Shown here: one piece after another, positions 16,904 through 24,624 of the stretch
Layout: every line of letters starts with the position of its first letter
Numbering within the stretch: the first letter of the stretch is position 1
Source of the DNA: an uncultured Candidatus Saccharibacteria bacterium
Lineage (GTDB): Bacteria > Patescibacteriota > Minisyncoccia > Phycocordibacterales > UBA9973
Length of the DNA stretch: 43,503 nucleotides
NCBI GenBank assembly: GCA_964631935.1
Contig: CAZWAV010000001.1
Location: 70,979 to 114,481 of the forward strand
Direction of reading: 5' to 3'
The notes under the pieces: generated by a model
The model's input: only the letters and a program-made list of their open reading frames with translations
What the model was told of the DNA's origin: nothing
Databases searched by the model: none
Program-made: the position numbers and the translations under genes

Positions 16904-17884
16904 ATGTCTGATTTAAATATAATATTACCATCAAAGTTATCTATCATTTCTGAAGTAGGCACAAAAGGTGTCTATGAAATTGACGGCCTTTACCCTGGTT
17001 ATGGACATACTCTCGGCAACTCCCTTCGCCGCATAATACTCTCTTCTCTCACTGGTGCAGCTATTACATCATTAAAAATCGACGGTGCTGATCATGAATT
17101 CTCAGTACTAGATGGCGTTAAAGAAGATGTCATCACTATACTTCTTCATTTGAAGCAGGTGCGTTTTCGTTTACTTACAGATGAACCTCAGACCGTAAAA
17201 CTTTCAGTAAAAGGACCAAAATCTGTCACTGCTGGTGATATAGAAGTTTCTGGTCAAGTAGAAGTTTTAAATAAAGATATGTATATTGCTGAAGTTACAG
17301 GCAAAGTAAATCTTTCAATAGAAATGACAGTTCAGAAAGGTCTTGGATTCGTTGCGAAAGATTCTCACCAGAAGACAAAGACTGAAGTAGGTATGATTGC
17401 CGTTGATGCAATCTTTACTCCTATACGCCGTGTATCATACGAAGTAGAAAACATGCGCGTTGGTGACAAGACAAACCACAACCGCCTACGTATGACTATC
17501 GAAACTGATGGTACTCTTACTCCACGTGAGGCACTTGAACAAGCTATCACTATTATGGTAGAACAATTACAGGCAATCGTAGGATTCACTATATCTTCAA
17601 AGAGTGTCGCTAAAGACTCTAGTGAAGAAAGTGGTAATGACGACGCAGATGAGAAAGGAACACCAGAAGGTGGTAATGAATTCACAGATATATTGAAAAC
17701 TCGTATTGATACACTAGATCTTTCTACTCGTACTCTTAATGCTCTTACAGGCGCAAATATCCGTACTATCGGAGGTGTGGCTCGTAAGAAGAAAGAAGAT
17801 TTACTAGAGATCGAAGGTATTGGCGATAAAGGAATCCAAGAGATCAAGAAAGTTCTTGGTGGATATGGTATAACACTTAAGTAA
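16904..17884 (+). CDS. rpoA: DNA-directed RNA polymerase alpha subunit
   Basis: GYGHTLGNSLRRILLSSL, VENMRVGDKTNHNRLRMTIETDG, and the C-terminal domain LDLSTRTLNALTGANIRTIGGV. Confidence 0.95.
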   Translation: MSDLNIILPSKLSIISEVGTKGVYEIDGLYPGYGHTLGNSLRRIILSSLTGAAITSLKIDGADHEFSVLDGVKEDVITILLHLKQVRFRLLTDEPQTVKLSVKGPKSVTAGDIEVSGQVEVLNKDMYIAEVTGKVNLSIEMTVQKGLGFVAKDSHQKTKTEVGMIAVDAIFTPIRRVSYEVENMRVGDKTNHNRLRMTIETDGTLTPREALEQAITIMVEQLQAIVGFTISSKSVAKDSSEESGNDDADEKGTPEGGNEFTDILKTRIDTLDLSTRTLNALTGANIRTIGGVARKKKEDLLEIEGIGDKGIQEIKKVLGGYGITLK

Positions 17885-17896
17885 TAATATAATTTT

Positions 17897-18250
17897 ATGC
17901 GACATCACAGTAATGTAAGAAAATTTGGAAGAACACGAAGCCAGCGTCACGCTCTATTAAAGGGGCTTACTTTGTCGCTTATTGCGCATGGTCGCATAGA
18001 GACTACAGAAGCGAAAGCCAAAGAACTTCGCCCTCATATAGAGAAGCTTGTTACAAAGGCAAATGTTGGTACACTTGCATCACGTCGCTTGGTCCTTTCC
18101 CGACTTTACAACTTGAGTGCTGAAGCGAATAAACTTATCGATACTATTGCTCCTAAATACAAAGGGCAAGCAGGTGGATATACACGTATTACAAAGCTCG
18201 GTGCCAGAGCAGGAGATGCAAGTAAAATGGCTGTAATTGAATTTATATAA
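17897..18250 (+). CDS. rplQ: 50S ribosomal protein L17
   Basis: MRHHSNVRKFGRTRSQRHALLKGLTLSLIAHGRIETTEAKAKELRPHIEKLVT...GGYTRITKLG.R.GD. Confidence 0.95.
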   Translation: MRHHSNVRKFGRTRSQRHALLKGLTLSLIAHGRIETTEAKAKELRPHIEKLVTKANVGTLASRRLVLSRLYNLSAEANKLIDTIAPKYKGQAGGYTRITKLGARAGDASKMAVIEFI

Positions 18251-18254
18251 TACT

Positions 18255-18605
18255 ATGACTACTACACACACAATTGACGCTAGCGGTAAAACTTTTGGAC
18301 GCATTGCTTCGCAAGCTGCCAAGGCTCTTATGGGCAAGACTACTCCTGACTATGTGCCAAACAAAGTCGCTGACGTTCGCGTATATATTACAAATGCGAA
18401 GCTTACAAAAATGTCTGAGCGCCGAATGAAAGAAACTCTTCATGAGACTTATTCTGGCTACCCAGGTGGATTTAAAACAGCGACAAACGAAAAGATCGTA
18501 AAGACAAAAGGATGGAAAACTCTTTATGAATTGGCTGTTTACGGAATGCTACCTGCGAATAAACTACGCCCACTTATGATGAAGCGCTTAACAATAAACG
18601 AATAA
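18255..18605 (+). CDS. rplM: 50S ribosomal protein L13
   Basis: IDASGKTFGRIASQAAKALMGKTTPDYVPN...YSGYPGG...GMLPANKL. I chose the ATG at 18255; the ORF-track start at 18237 would overlap rplQ. Confidence 0.9.
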   Translation: MTTTHTIDASGKTFGRIASQAAKALMGKTTPDYVPNKVADVRVYITNAKLTKMSERRMKETLHETYSGYPGGFKTATNEKIVKTKGWKTLYELAVYGMLPANKLRPLMMKRLTINE

Positions 18606-18608
18606 TAT

Positions 18609-19019
18609 ATGGAAAAGAAAGCATCAACAAAAGAATATTTCAGAGCTATTGGTCGCAGAAAGACTGCTACTGCTGTAGTGAAGCTCTTCAAAGCATCAAA
18701 AACTTCTTATGATATAAATGGCAAAGATCTTGCTGTATATTTCCCAACAGCTGAACTAAAGAAAATAGTTACAGGTGCATTTGAAACTGCAACTCCAAGT
18801 GAGAAATTTGAAGTAGTCGTTACTACAAAAGGTGGTGGCTCTCATGCTCAAGCCGAAGCTGTTCGACATGGTATCTCACGTGCCCTTGTGCTCTTCGATG
18901 CAGAACTTCGTACAACTCTCAAGAAAGCAAAAATGCTTAAACGTGATCCTCGTAAAGTTGAACGTAAGAAATTCGGTCTTAAGAAAGCTCGTAAATCTCC
19001 ACAGTGGTCTAAACGTTAA
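18609..19019 (+). CDS. rpsI: 30S ribosomal protein S9
   Basis: GRRKTATAVVKL..., GGGSHAQAEAVRHGISRAL, RDPRKVERKKFGLKKARKSPQWSKR. Confidence 0.95.
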   Translation: MEKKASTKEYFRAIGRRKTATAVVKLFKASKTSYDINGKDLAVYFPTAELKKIVTGAFETATPSEKFEVVVTTKGGGSHAQAEAVRHGISRALVLFDAELRTTLKKAKMLKRDPRKVERKKFGLKKARKSPQWSKR

Positions 19020-19032
19020 TATGTTTACAAAA

Positions 19033-19064
19033 AATCAGATTTGCGAGAATCTGGTTTTTTGTTT
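19033..19064 (+). terminator. Rho-independent terminator after the ribosomal cluster
   Basis: aatcagatt / tgcgag / aatctggtt (one G-U pair) followed by ttttttgttt. Confidence 0.7.
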
Positions 19065-19658
19065 ATGATAATGCCTATGAACGAAGATGAAGTAAAAAAT
19101 ACAGAAGAAAATGAACACTTTGAAGATGTGACTTTTGTCGATAGTACTGAAGATGGTGATGCTCTACCTACGAAAGATGTCGTAAAGAAACTTAGTGATG
19201 ATCTCAAGAAAGCTCGCGCTGATAAAGAAGAATATCTGACTGGCTGGCAGAGAGCAAAAGCTGATTATGTAAACTTACAGAAAGAAATGGATCAGGTCCG
19301 CGCGAATACATCGTTGATTACAAAAGAAAAAATTGTAGAGAGTTTACTCCCTTCGATTGATAGCTTTGACATGGCAATGGCAAATAAGAAAGCGTGGGAG
19401 AGTGTTGATAAGAATTGGCGCACAGGCGTGGAATATATATACCAGCAAATCATTTCAGGATTATCAGATGTTGGAGTAGAAATTATAGATAAAACTGGAA
19501 TCCCATTTGACCCAAATCTCCATCAATCAATTGAAAGTATTGTTACGGATGACCAAAGTAAAGATCACACTATCGAAAAAGTAATCCAAGCTGGATACAA
19601 AATAGGGGAACGAGTAATCCGCCCAGCGAGGGTAAATATATTTGAATATAAAAAATAA
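19065..19658 (+). CDS. grpE: Nucleotide exchange factor GrpE
   Basis: Coiled-coil EEYLTGWQRAKADYVNLQKE and C-terminal FDPNLHQSI...GYKIGERVIRPARV. Start set at the first ATG after the terminator (19071 and 19077 are also possible). Confidence 0.85.
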   Translation: MIMPMNEDEVKNTEENEHFEDVTFVDSTEDGDALPTKDVVKKLSDDLKKARADKEEYLTGWQRAKADYVNLQKEMDQVRANTSLITKEKIVESLLPSIDSFDMAMANKKAWESVDKNWRTGVEYIYQQIISGLSDVGVEIIDKTGIPFDPNLHQSIESIVTDDQSKDHTIEKVIQAGYKIGERVIRPARVNIFEYKK

Positions 19659-19684
19659 AACTCCACAATGTGGAGTTTTATTTT
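19656..19684. terminator. Bidirectional hairpin terminator between convergent grpE and the regulator gene
   Basis: taaaactccac / aat / gtggagtttta, flanked by A-run and T-run. It overlaps the stop codon of the minus-strand gene. Confidence 0.75.
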
Positions 19685-20214
19685 AATCTAAACAATCTCA
19701 ATAATTCTGTCTCAGTTTCTTCGTCAACTTTATCTGTTACTAGTATCATCATCTCTGTCATAAGACCGAGATCTTTTTTTATATTTGTGAATAGATGCTC
19801 GAAAGGGTACATAGATACCCACATAGAATTTTTCATACAAATGAATCCAGCTTTCTTGAGGAGATAACGAAGAGCTTCGCGCTCACTTTTACGCTCTTCC
19901 GGAAGATCAAGGAGGATGATACGCCAATACCCATCCCAAGAGGTGTTGATGATAGCGTTATCACCTTCGAGCTTTATGCTGTGTGCTCTCTTCTTTCCTT
20001 CCTTTGTAAGACGAGCATAATCACTTTGTGGAGAAGATATCTGCTCTATGAAACCAGCCTCTTCTAGGCCCTTTATAGAGCGATTTATGGCGTATTTTGA
20101 GTCATTTTCAGGGTTTATTTGCTCTATTATTTCAGACAGGGAAATAGCTGGCCTATTTGCCAGTATTTTGATGATTCTCCTTGAGAAATCCTGCCTTTTA
20201 ATCATATTTGACAT
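19678..20214 (-). CDS. Winged-helix transcriptional regulator with PaaX-type / Cas2-like C-terminal domain
   Basis: N-terminal wHTH (ILANRPAISLSEIIEQI...AINRSIKGLEEAGFIE). The C-terminal WDGYWRIILLDLPEERKSEREALRYLLKKAGFICMKNSMWVSMYP is the W-D-G-x-W...D-[IL]-P-E pattern of PaaX-like regulators. The true start may be the second ATG at 20205. Confidence 0.65.
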   Translation of the reverse strand: MSNMIKRQDFSRRIIKILANRPAISLSEIIEQINPENDSKYAINRSIKGLEEAGFIEQISSPQSDYARLTKEGKKRAHSIKLEGDNAIINTSWDGYWRIILLDLPEERKSEREALRYLLKKAGFICMKNSMWVSMYPFEHLFTNIKKDLGLMTEMMILVTDKVDEETETELLRLFRLK

Positions 20215-20265
20215 TATACCAAGTATAAATATAATATCAACATACTTTCCGTGGTCACGAAATAC

Positions 20266-20294
20266 TTGTCAAAAATAAATAGGGAGTATATAAT
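20266..20294 (+). promoter_or_regulatory. Sigma70-like promoter for DUF3467-dnaK-dnaJ
   Basis: TTGTCA, 17 nt, TATAAT. Confidence 0.5.
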
Positions 20295-20337
20295 AGATCT
20301 AGAAATCGAAAATTAATAAAATTAAGTAGAAAATTAT

Positions 20338-20604
20338 ATGATAGACCCAACAAAGATAGATTTTAATCAGCTGCCAAAGAAGTTCGGAGACGGAGCAATT
20401 GGAGCTTTTAACAAGGACGTGTTTTATTTCGGTATAACATCTGGCAACAATATAGATGTCTTCGCCACAACTCCAAGAGTTATGAAAGATGTTGCAATAT
20501 TCTTCCAGAGACATATCGAGAATTATGAAAAGCAATTCGGAGAAATAGATATGAGTATTCCACCAATCCCGAGCCCGCTTCAGTCATCTGATTTACAAAA
20601 GTAA
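20338..20604 (+). CDS. Small DUF3467-like protein
   Basis: The tail ATTPRVMKDVAIFFQRHIENYEKQFGEI resembles the DUF3467 C-terminal ...L...l..YE..fG.I block. Same orientation as dnaK, which lies 104 nt downstream. Confidence 0.5.
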   Translation: MIDPTKIDFNQLPKKFGDGAIGAFNKDVFYFGITSGNNIDVFATTPRVMKDVAIFFQRHIENYEKQFGEIDMSIPPIPSPLQSSDLQK

Positions 20605-20616
20605 TTAAAAGTAATT

Positions 20617-20699
20617 AGGCCTCATGCATTATTTCCTTTTCTCGGGTCCTCGGGGGAAGTCACCAGACCGGCTCGAAAAGAAATTAATGCACTCGGCCT
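20617..20699 (+). ncRNA. GC-rich structured leader or intercistronic RNA element immediately upstream of dnaK (class unknown)
   Basis: Outer arms aggcc...tgcatta / taatgca...ggcct and inner arms cttttc / gaaaag enclose a locally GC-rich core (ctcgggtcctcgggggaagtcaccagaccggctcg) in an otherwise AT-rich spacer. Confidence 0.4.
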
Positions 20700-20708
20700 C
20701 AAAACAAT

Positions 20709-22601
20709 ATGAGTAAAATAATAGGAATAGATTTGGGTACGACAAATAGTGCTGTTGCCATAATCGAAGGTGGACAGCCAAAAATTATTGAGAATGTAGA
20801 AGGTGCACGTACAACACCTTCTATAGTAGCCATCGGCAAGAACGGAGATCGTCTTGTCGGTCTTCTTGCAAAGCGCCAAGCAGTTACAAACCCGCAGAAT
20901 ACTATCTATGGTATCAAGCGCTTCATGGGTCACATGTTCGAAGATCCAGAAATACAAAAAACTCAGACTACAGCGCCATTCAAAATCCAAAAAGGTAAAG
21001 ATGGCGGAGTAGAAGTAAATATCGGTGACAAATGGAATCGTCCGGAAGAAATTTCTGCAATGATTCTTGCAAAGATCAAAGCCGATGTTGAAGCAAAGCT
21101 CGGAGAGAAAATTACCGAAGCGATTATCACTGTGCCTGCATACTTCAATGATGCACAAAGAAAAGCAACAAAAGATGCTGGTCAGATCGCAGGCCTTGAG
21201 GTGAAGCGTATCATAAATGAGCCGACTGCTGCAGCGCTTGCGTACGGATTCAATACAAAGAAAGATGAAAAGATCGTCGTCTACGACTTCGGAGGAGGTA
21301 CGTTTGACGTATCTGTCCTTGAAGTTTCAAATGATGTGATAGAAGTTAAATCTACCGACGGTGACTCACACATGGGAGGCCGTGATATTGATCAGAAGAT
21401 CATTGCATGGATCGCAAGTGAATTCAAAAAACAATCAGGTGTTGATGTAACGAAAGATCCTCTTGCTCTTCAGCGTCTTGATGAAGCTGCTGAAAAAGCA
21501 AAGATCGAACTCTCTACAACTGCTGAGACAGAAATAAATATCCCATTCATTACTTCTACAGAAGCTGGACCTCAGCACTTGTTACTGAAGATGAACCAAG
21601 CTCAGCTTATATCTCTTTCACAAGAGTACATTGATCGCTCAATAGAGATCACAAAGCGTGCTATGGAAGCAAGTCCTTTCAAGATGTCTGAAATCAATGA
21701 GATTATAATGGTAGGAGGTCAGACAAGAATGCCTGCAATAGTTGAAGCAGTAAAAGCGCTATTCGGCAAAGAACCAAACCGCTCAATCAACCCAGATGAA
21801 GTTGTAGCTCTTGGTGCTGCTGTTCAAGCTGGAGTTCTACAAGGCGATGTGAAGGACGTGCTCCTTCTAGACGTCATTCCACTATCTCTCGGTATTGAGA
21901 CTCTTGGTGGAGTCGCTACGAAGCTTGTAGAGCGCAATACGACTATACCTAGCTCAAAGTCTCAAGTGTTCTCAACCGCAGCTGACAATCAAACATCTGT
22001 TGAGATTCACATCACTCAAGGTGAGCGCCCAATGGCTTCAGATAATAAATCTCTAGGTAGATTTATCCTTGGTGATATACCACCAGCACCTCGAGGTATG
22101 CCACAGATTGAAGTGACATTTGATGTCGACGCCAACGGCATACTAAATGTCAAAGCTAAAGACAAAGCTTCCGGTAAAGAATCATCAATCCGTATTGAAG
22201 CATCATCTGGACTAACAGATGCCGATATCAAGCGCATGCAAGATGAAGCGGAAACTCACAGAGAAGAAGATGCAAAGAAGAAAGAGCTTGTCGACGAGAA
22301 AAATACAGCCGAAATGATGATCTTCTCTGCTGAGAAATCTGTTAAAGAATATGGTGACAAGATCACTCCTGAAGTGAAAGCAAGTGTAGAAGAAAAGATT
22401 GCAGCTGCAAGAACTGCGAAAGAAGGAAATGATGTTGCTGCTATTAAATCCGCACTTGAAGCTCTTACGACAGAAGTTTCTAAAATCGGCGAAGCGATGA
22501 GTAAAGAAAATCCGCAAGGAGCGGAAGCTGGTACAACAGCTGAACCTCAGAACCCTGAAGTCAAAGATGCTGAAGTAAATGAGAATCCAGAGAATAAATA
22601 A
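20709..22601 (+). CDS. dnaK: Molecular chaperone DnaK (Hsp70)
   Basis: [45 protein letters not shown]. Confidence 0.97.
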   Translation: MSKIIGIDLGTTNSAVAIIEGGQPKIIENVEGARTTPSIVAIGKNGDRLVGLLAKRQAVTNPQNTIYGIKRFMGHMFEDPEIQKTQTTAPFKIQKGKDGGVEVNIGDKWNRPEEISAMILAKIKADVEAKLGEKITEAIITVPAYFNDAQRKATKDAGQIAGLEVKRIINEPTAAALAYGFNTKKDEKIVVYDFGGGTFDVSVLEVSNDVIEVKSTDGDSHMGGRDIDQKIIAWIASEFKKQSGVDVTKDPLALQRLDEAAEKAKIELSTTAETEINIPFITSTEAGPQHLLLKMNQAQLISLSQEYIDRSIEITKRAMEASPFKMSEINEIIMVGGQTRMPAIVEAVKALFGKEPNRSINPDEVVALGAAVQAGVLQGDVKDVLLLDVIPLSLGIETLGGVATKLVERNTTIPSSKSQVFSTAADNQTSVEIHITQGERPMASDNKSLGRFILGDIPPAPRGMPQIEVTFDVDANGILNVKAKDKASGKESSIRIEASSGLTDADIKRMQDEAETHREEDAKKKELVDEKNTAEMMIFSAEKSVKEYGDKITPEVKASVEEKIAAARTAKEGNDVAAIKSALEALTTEVSKIGEAMSKENPQGAEAGTTAEPQNPEVKDAEVNENPENK

Positions 22602-22621
22602 AATTATGATAATATAATTTT

Positions 22622-23692
22622 ATGGCAAAAGACTATTACGAAACATTAGGAGTATCAAAGAGTGCGTCAAAGGACGAGATTAAAAAAGCGTTCCATAAGA
22701 TGGCGCACAAATACCATCCTGACAAGAACAAGGGTGATGATTCAAAGTTCAAAGAAGTGAATGAAGCTTATCAAACTCTTTCTGATGATCAGAAGAGATC
22801 TCAATATGATCGCTTTGGTTCTGCGGGTCCGCAAGGATTCAATCCTGGGCAAGGAGGTGGATTCGGAGGTTTCGATTTCTCAGGTCAAGGAGGAATGGAA
22901 TTTGATATGGGTGACCTTGGTGATATCTTCGGAGATTTCTTTGGAGGTGGCATGGGTCGCAAGCAAGCTCGCCGTGGACGAGATATCTCTACTGAAATAG
23001 ATCTGACTTTCGAAGAATCTATTTTTGGAGTGACTCGTACAATTCTTCTGACTAAACAATCAGTCTGTGATATCTGTAAAGGAACAGGAGGCAAGCCAGG
23101 CACCAAGATGGATACATGCAAGACTTGTAATGGTAACGGCCAAGTCCGCGAAATGAAGCGCTCAATACTAGGAACATTTGAGACGAGAAAGACTTGTGAT
23201 ACTTGTCATGGACAAGGGAAAATTCCATCAGAGAAATGTACAGAATGTCGTGGTAATGGAGTTCTTAACAAACAGCAAGAAATTGAAATCAAAGTTCCAG
23301 CAGGAATTAATTCAGGCGAGATGATCCGCATGACAGGCATGGGTGAAGCAGTCCAAGGAGGCACAGCTGGAGATTTATATATCAAGATCAACGTCCGCTC
23401 ACATGCCACATTTAAACGCGATGGGTTAAATCTTACTCTTGATCTACCAATCAAGCTCACTGATGCATTACTTGGAATGACATATAATCTAAAAACATTG
23501 GAAGGGAATATGGTTGAAGTGAAAATACCAGAAGGTATAAATCATGGAGATTTGCTCCGAGTCAAAGGCAAAGGTGTGCCATCCAACCGTGGCCGAGGCG
23601 ATATCATTCTCCGCATCCAAGTCCAAATGCCGAAGAAAATCTCGAAAACTTCAAAAGAACTCATTCAAAAGCTCAAAGAAGAGGGAATCTAG
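22622..23692 (+). CDS. dnaJ: Molecular chaperone DnaJ
   Basis: J domain (DYYETLGVSKSASKDEIKKAFHKMAHKYHPDKN), G/F-rich linker, and four C-x2-C-x-G-x-G zinc-finger motifs. Confidence 0.95.
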   Translation: MAKDYYETLGVSKSASKDEIKKAFHKMAHKYHPDKNKGDDSKFKEVNEAYQTLSDDQKRSQYDRFGSAGPQGFNPGQGGGFGGFDFSGQGGMEFDMGDLGDIFGDFFGGGMGRKQARRGRDISTEIDLTFEESIFGVTRTILLTKQSVCDICKGTGGKPGTKMDTCKTCNGNGQVREMKRSILGTFETRKTCDTCHGQGKIPSEKCTECRGNGVLNKQQEIEIKVPAGINSGEMIRMTGMGEAVQGGTAGDLYIKINVRSHATFKRDGLNLTLDLPIKLTDALLGMTYNLKTLEGNMVEVKIPEGINHGDLLRVKGKGVPSNRGRGDIILRIQVQMPKKISKTSKELIQKLKEEGI

Positions 23693-23694
23693 CA

Positions 23695-23723
23695 TTGACA
23701 AAACTCAATAAATATGCTATCGT
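23695..23723 (+). promoter_or_regulatory. Possible promoter for the muramidase gene
   Basis: TTGACA, 17 nt, TATCGT (weak -10). It starts 3 nt after the dnaJ stop. Confidence 0.3.
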
Positions 23724-23816
23724 GCAAGGATAGTAGTTCTTCGATATGGGTTTTATTTGGTTCCCAAAGTAGATATGCAATATTGTCTTTTCTGGGAACC
23801 AAAACAAAACCTAAAC

Positions 23817-24500
23817 ATGAAAAAAATAATTTATCTTATCATTCCAGTGATATTTTTGGCAGCATATAAAAATGCTCCTAAAAAACCGAGATCAGGAACT
23901 TTATTTGGGATTGATATATCCGAATGCCAACCCGGTAATATAAACTGGAAAAAAGTTAAAAGCTCTAAACACAAAGTTAAATTTGTCATTATGCGTTCAA
24001 CTATGGGTGATGACCGCACAGATGATAAATTTAACCAAAGGTTTAAAGAGGCAAAAGCTGCTGGGTTTATAGTGGGTGCTTACCACTATTATGATCCGAA
24101 TGAAAATTCGGTGAAACAGGCATACAATTACCTCTCTGCTATTAAACTTAAAAAAGGCGATTTCATCCCTATCGTTGACCTGGAAAGATTGAGTAGAATT
24201 CAATCAACAGACAAACTAAAGAAAGGACTGAAGAATTGGCTTGATATTGTTGAAAAGCATTATCATGTTAAACCAATACTTTACACTAGCTATAGTTTTT
24301 ATCTGGACAACCTCGCAAAAGAATTTTCCAATTATCCGCTCTGGGTTGCTACGTACTCTGTTGAAAAAAGGAGTACTGGGGTTGTAAAATCTTGCGAAAT
24401 TCTCCAGTTTGCTTGCAGGGTTCCTGTTCAAGGCATCAGAGGGAGAGTTGATGGCAATGATATTAAAAGGGCAAAGCTAAAAAAGCTACTCTTACAATGA
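23817..24500 (+). CDS. Secreted glycoside hydrolase family 25 muramidase (lysozyme)
   Basis: Signal or anchor peptide MKKIIYLIIPVIFLAAY. GH25 blocks GIDISECQ.GNINW, VKFVIMRSTMG, AGFIVGAYHYY, PIVDLE, PILYTS and LWVATY. Start placed at the ATG before the hydrophobic segment, not the ORF-track start at 23757. Confidence 0.8.
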   Translation: MKKIIYLIIPVIFLAAYKNAPKKPRSGTLFGIDISECQPGNINWKKVKSSKHKVKFVIMRSTMGDDRTDDKFNQRFKEAKAAGFIVGAYHYYDPNENSVKQAYNYLSAIKLKKGDFIPIVDLERLSRIQSTDKLKKGLKNWLDIVEKHYHVKPILYTSYSFYLDNLAKEFSNYPLWVATYSVEKRSTGVVKSCEILQFACRVPVQGIRGRVDGNDIKRAKLKKLLLQ

Positions 24501-24542
24501 GGCAGATAGAAAAAGTCAGACGACATTCTATCTGCCTTTTTC
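24500..24542 (+). terminator. Rho-independent terminator
   Basis: aggcagatagaa / 14-nt loop / ttctatctgcct followed by tttttct. Confidence 0.8.
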
Positions 24543-24624
24543 TATTTACATTTGGTGAGAGTTTGCTATTATTACGATATTATTATTTATCCGAGTCTGG
24601 CTAGACAGATTTGATATAAAAGAA

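Noticed and set aside
17365-17847. 160-aa minus-strand ORF.
   Set aside because: It is antisense to rpoA.
18237-18254. Upstream ATG (ORF-track start) for rplM.
   Set aside because: It would overlap rplQ by 14 nt and add MNLYNT before the conserved L13 N-terminus. The ATG at 18255 is preferred, although the upstream start cannot be excluded.
19041-19064. TTG start giving the 205-aa grpE ORF.
   Set aside because: These codons lie inside the rpsI terminator hairpin and T-tract. The first ATG after the terminator (19065) is more plausible.
19670-20278. Plus-strand ORFs 19670-19867, 19795-20067 and 20048-20278.
   Set aside because: They are shadow ORFs opposite the minus-strand regulator, which has a recognisable wHTH plus PaaX-like C-terminal module.
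20299-20535. 78-aa minus-strand ORF opposite the DUF3467-like gene.
   Set aside because: The plus-strand reading has a family-like C-terminal block, lies behind a good promoter and is co-oriented with dnaK. The minus ORF is Cys/Ile/Leu-rich with no support.
20617-20699. Tested the dnaK leader as a canonical CIRCE operator or as a small SRP (4.5S) RNA.
   Set aside because: CIRCE requires 9-bp arms separated by 9 nt; here only one half-site-like string (ttaatgcactc) exists and its partner is about 60 nt away. The SRP domain IV hallmarks (GNRA tetraloop closed by a helix, AGCA bulge) could not be placed.
20622-21158. 178-aa minus-strand ORF overlapping the dnaK 5' end.
   Set aside because: It is antisense to dnaK and its translation is Cys/Phe-rich nonsense.
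22016-23460. Several minus-strand and alternative-frame ORFs within dnaK and dnaJ (22016-22237, 22212-22517, 22761-23000, 22885-23121, 23206-23460).
   Set aside because: All are nested in strongly supported chaperone genes.
23757-23816. Upstream extension of the GH25 ORF (MVPKVDMQYCLFWEPKQNLN).
   Set aside because: It puts 20 non-hydrophobic residues ahead of the signal peptide and contains the ggttccca/tgggaacc inverted repeat. The ATG at 23817 directly precedes the hydrophobic leader.
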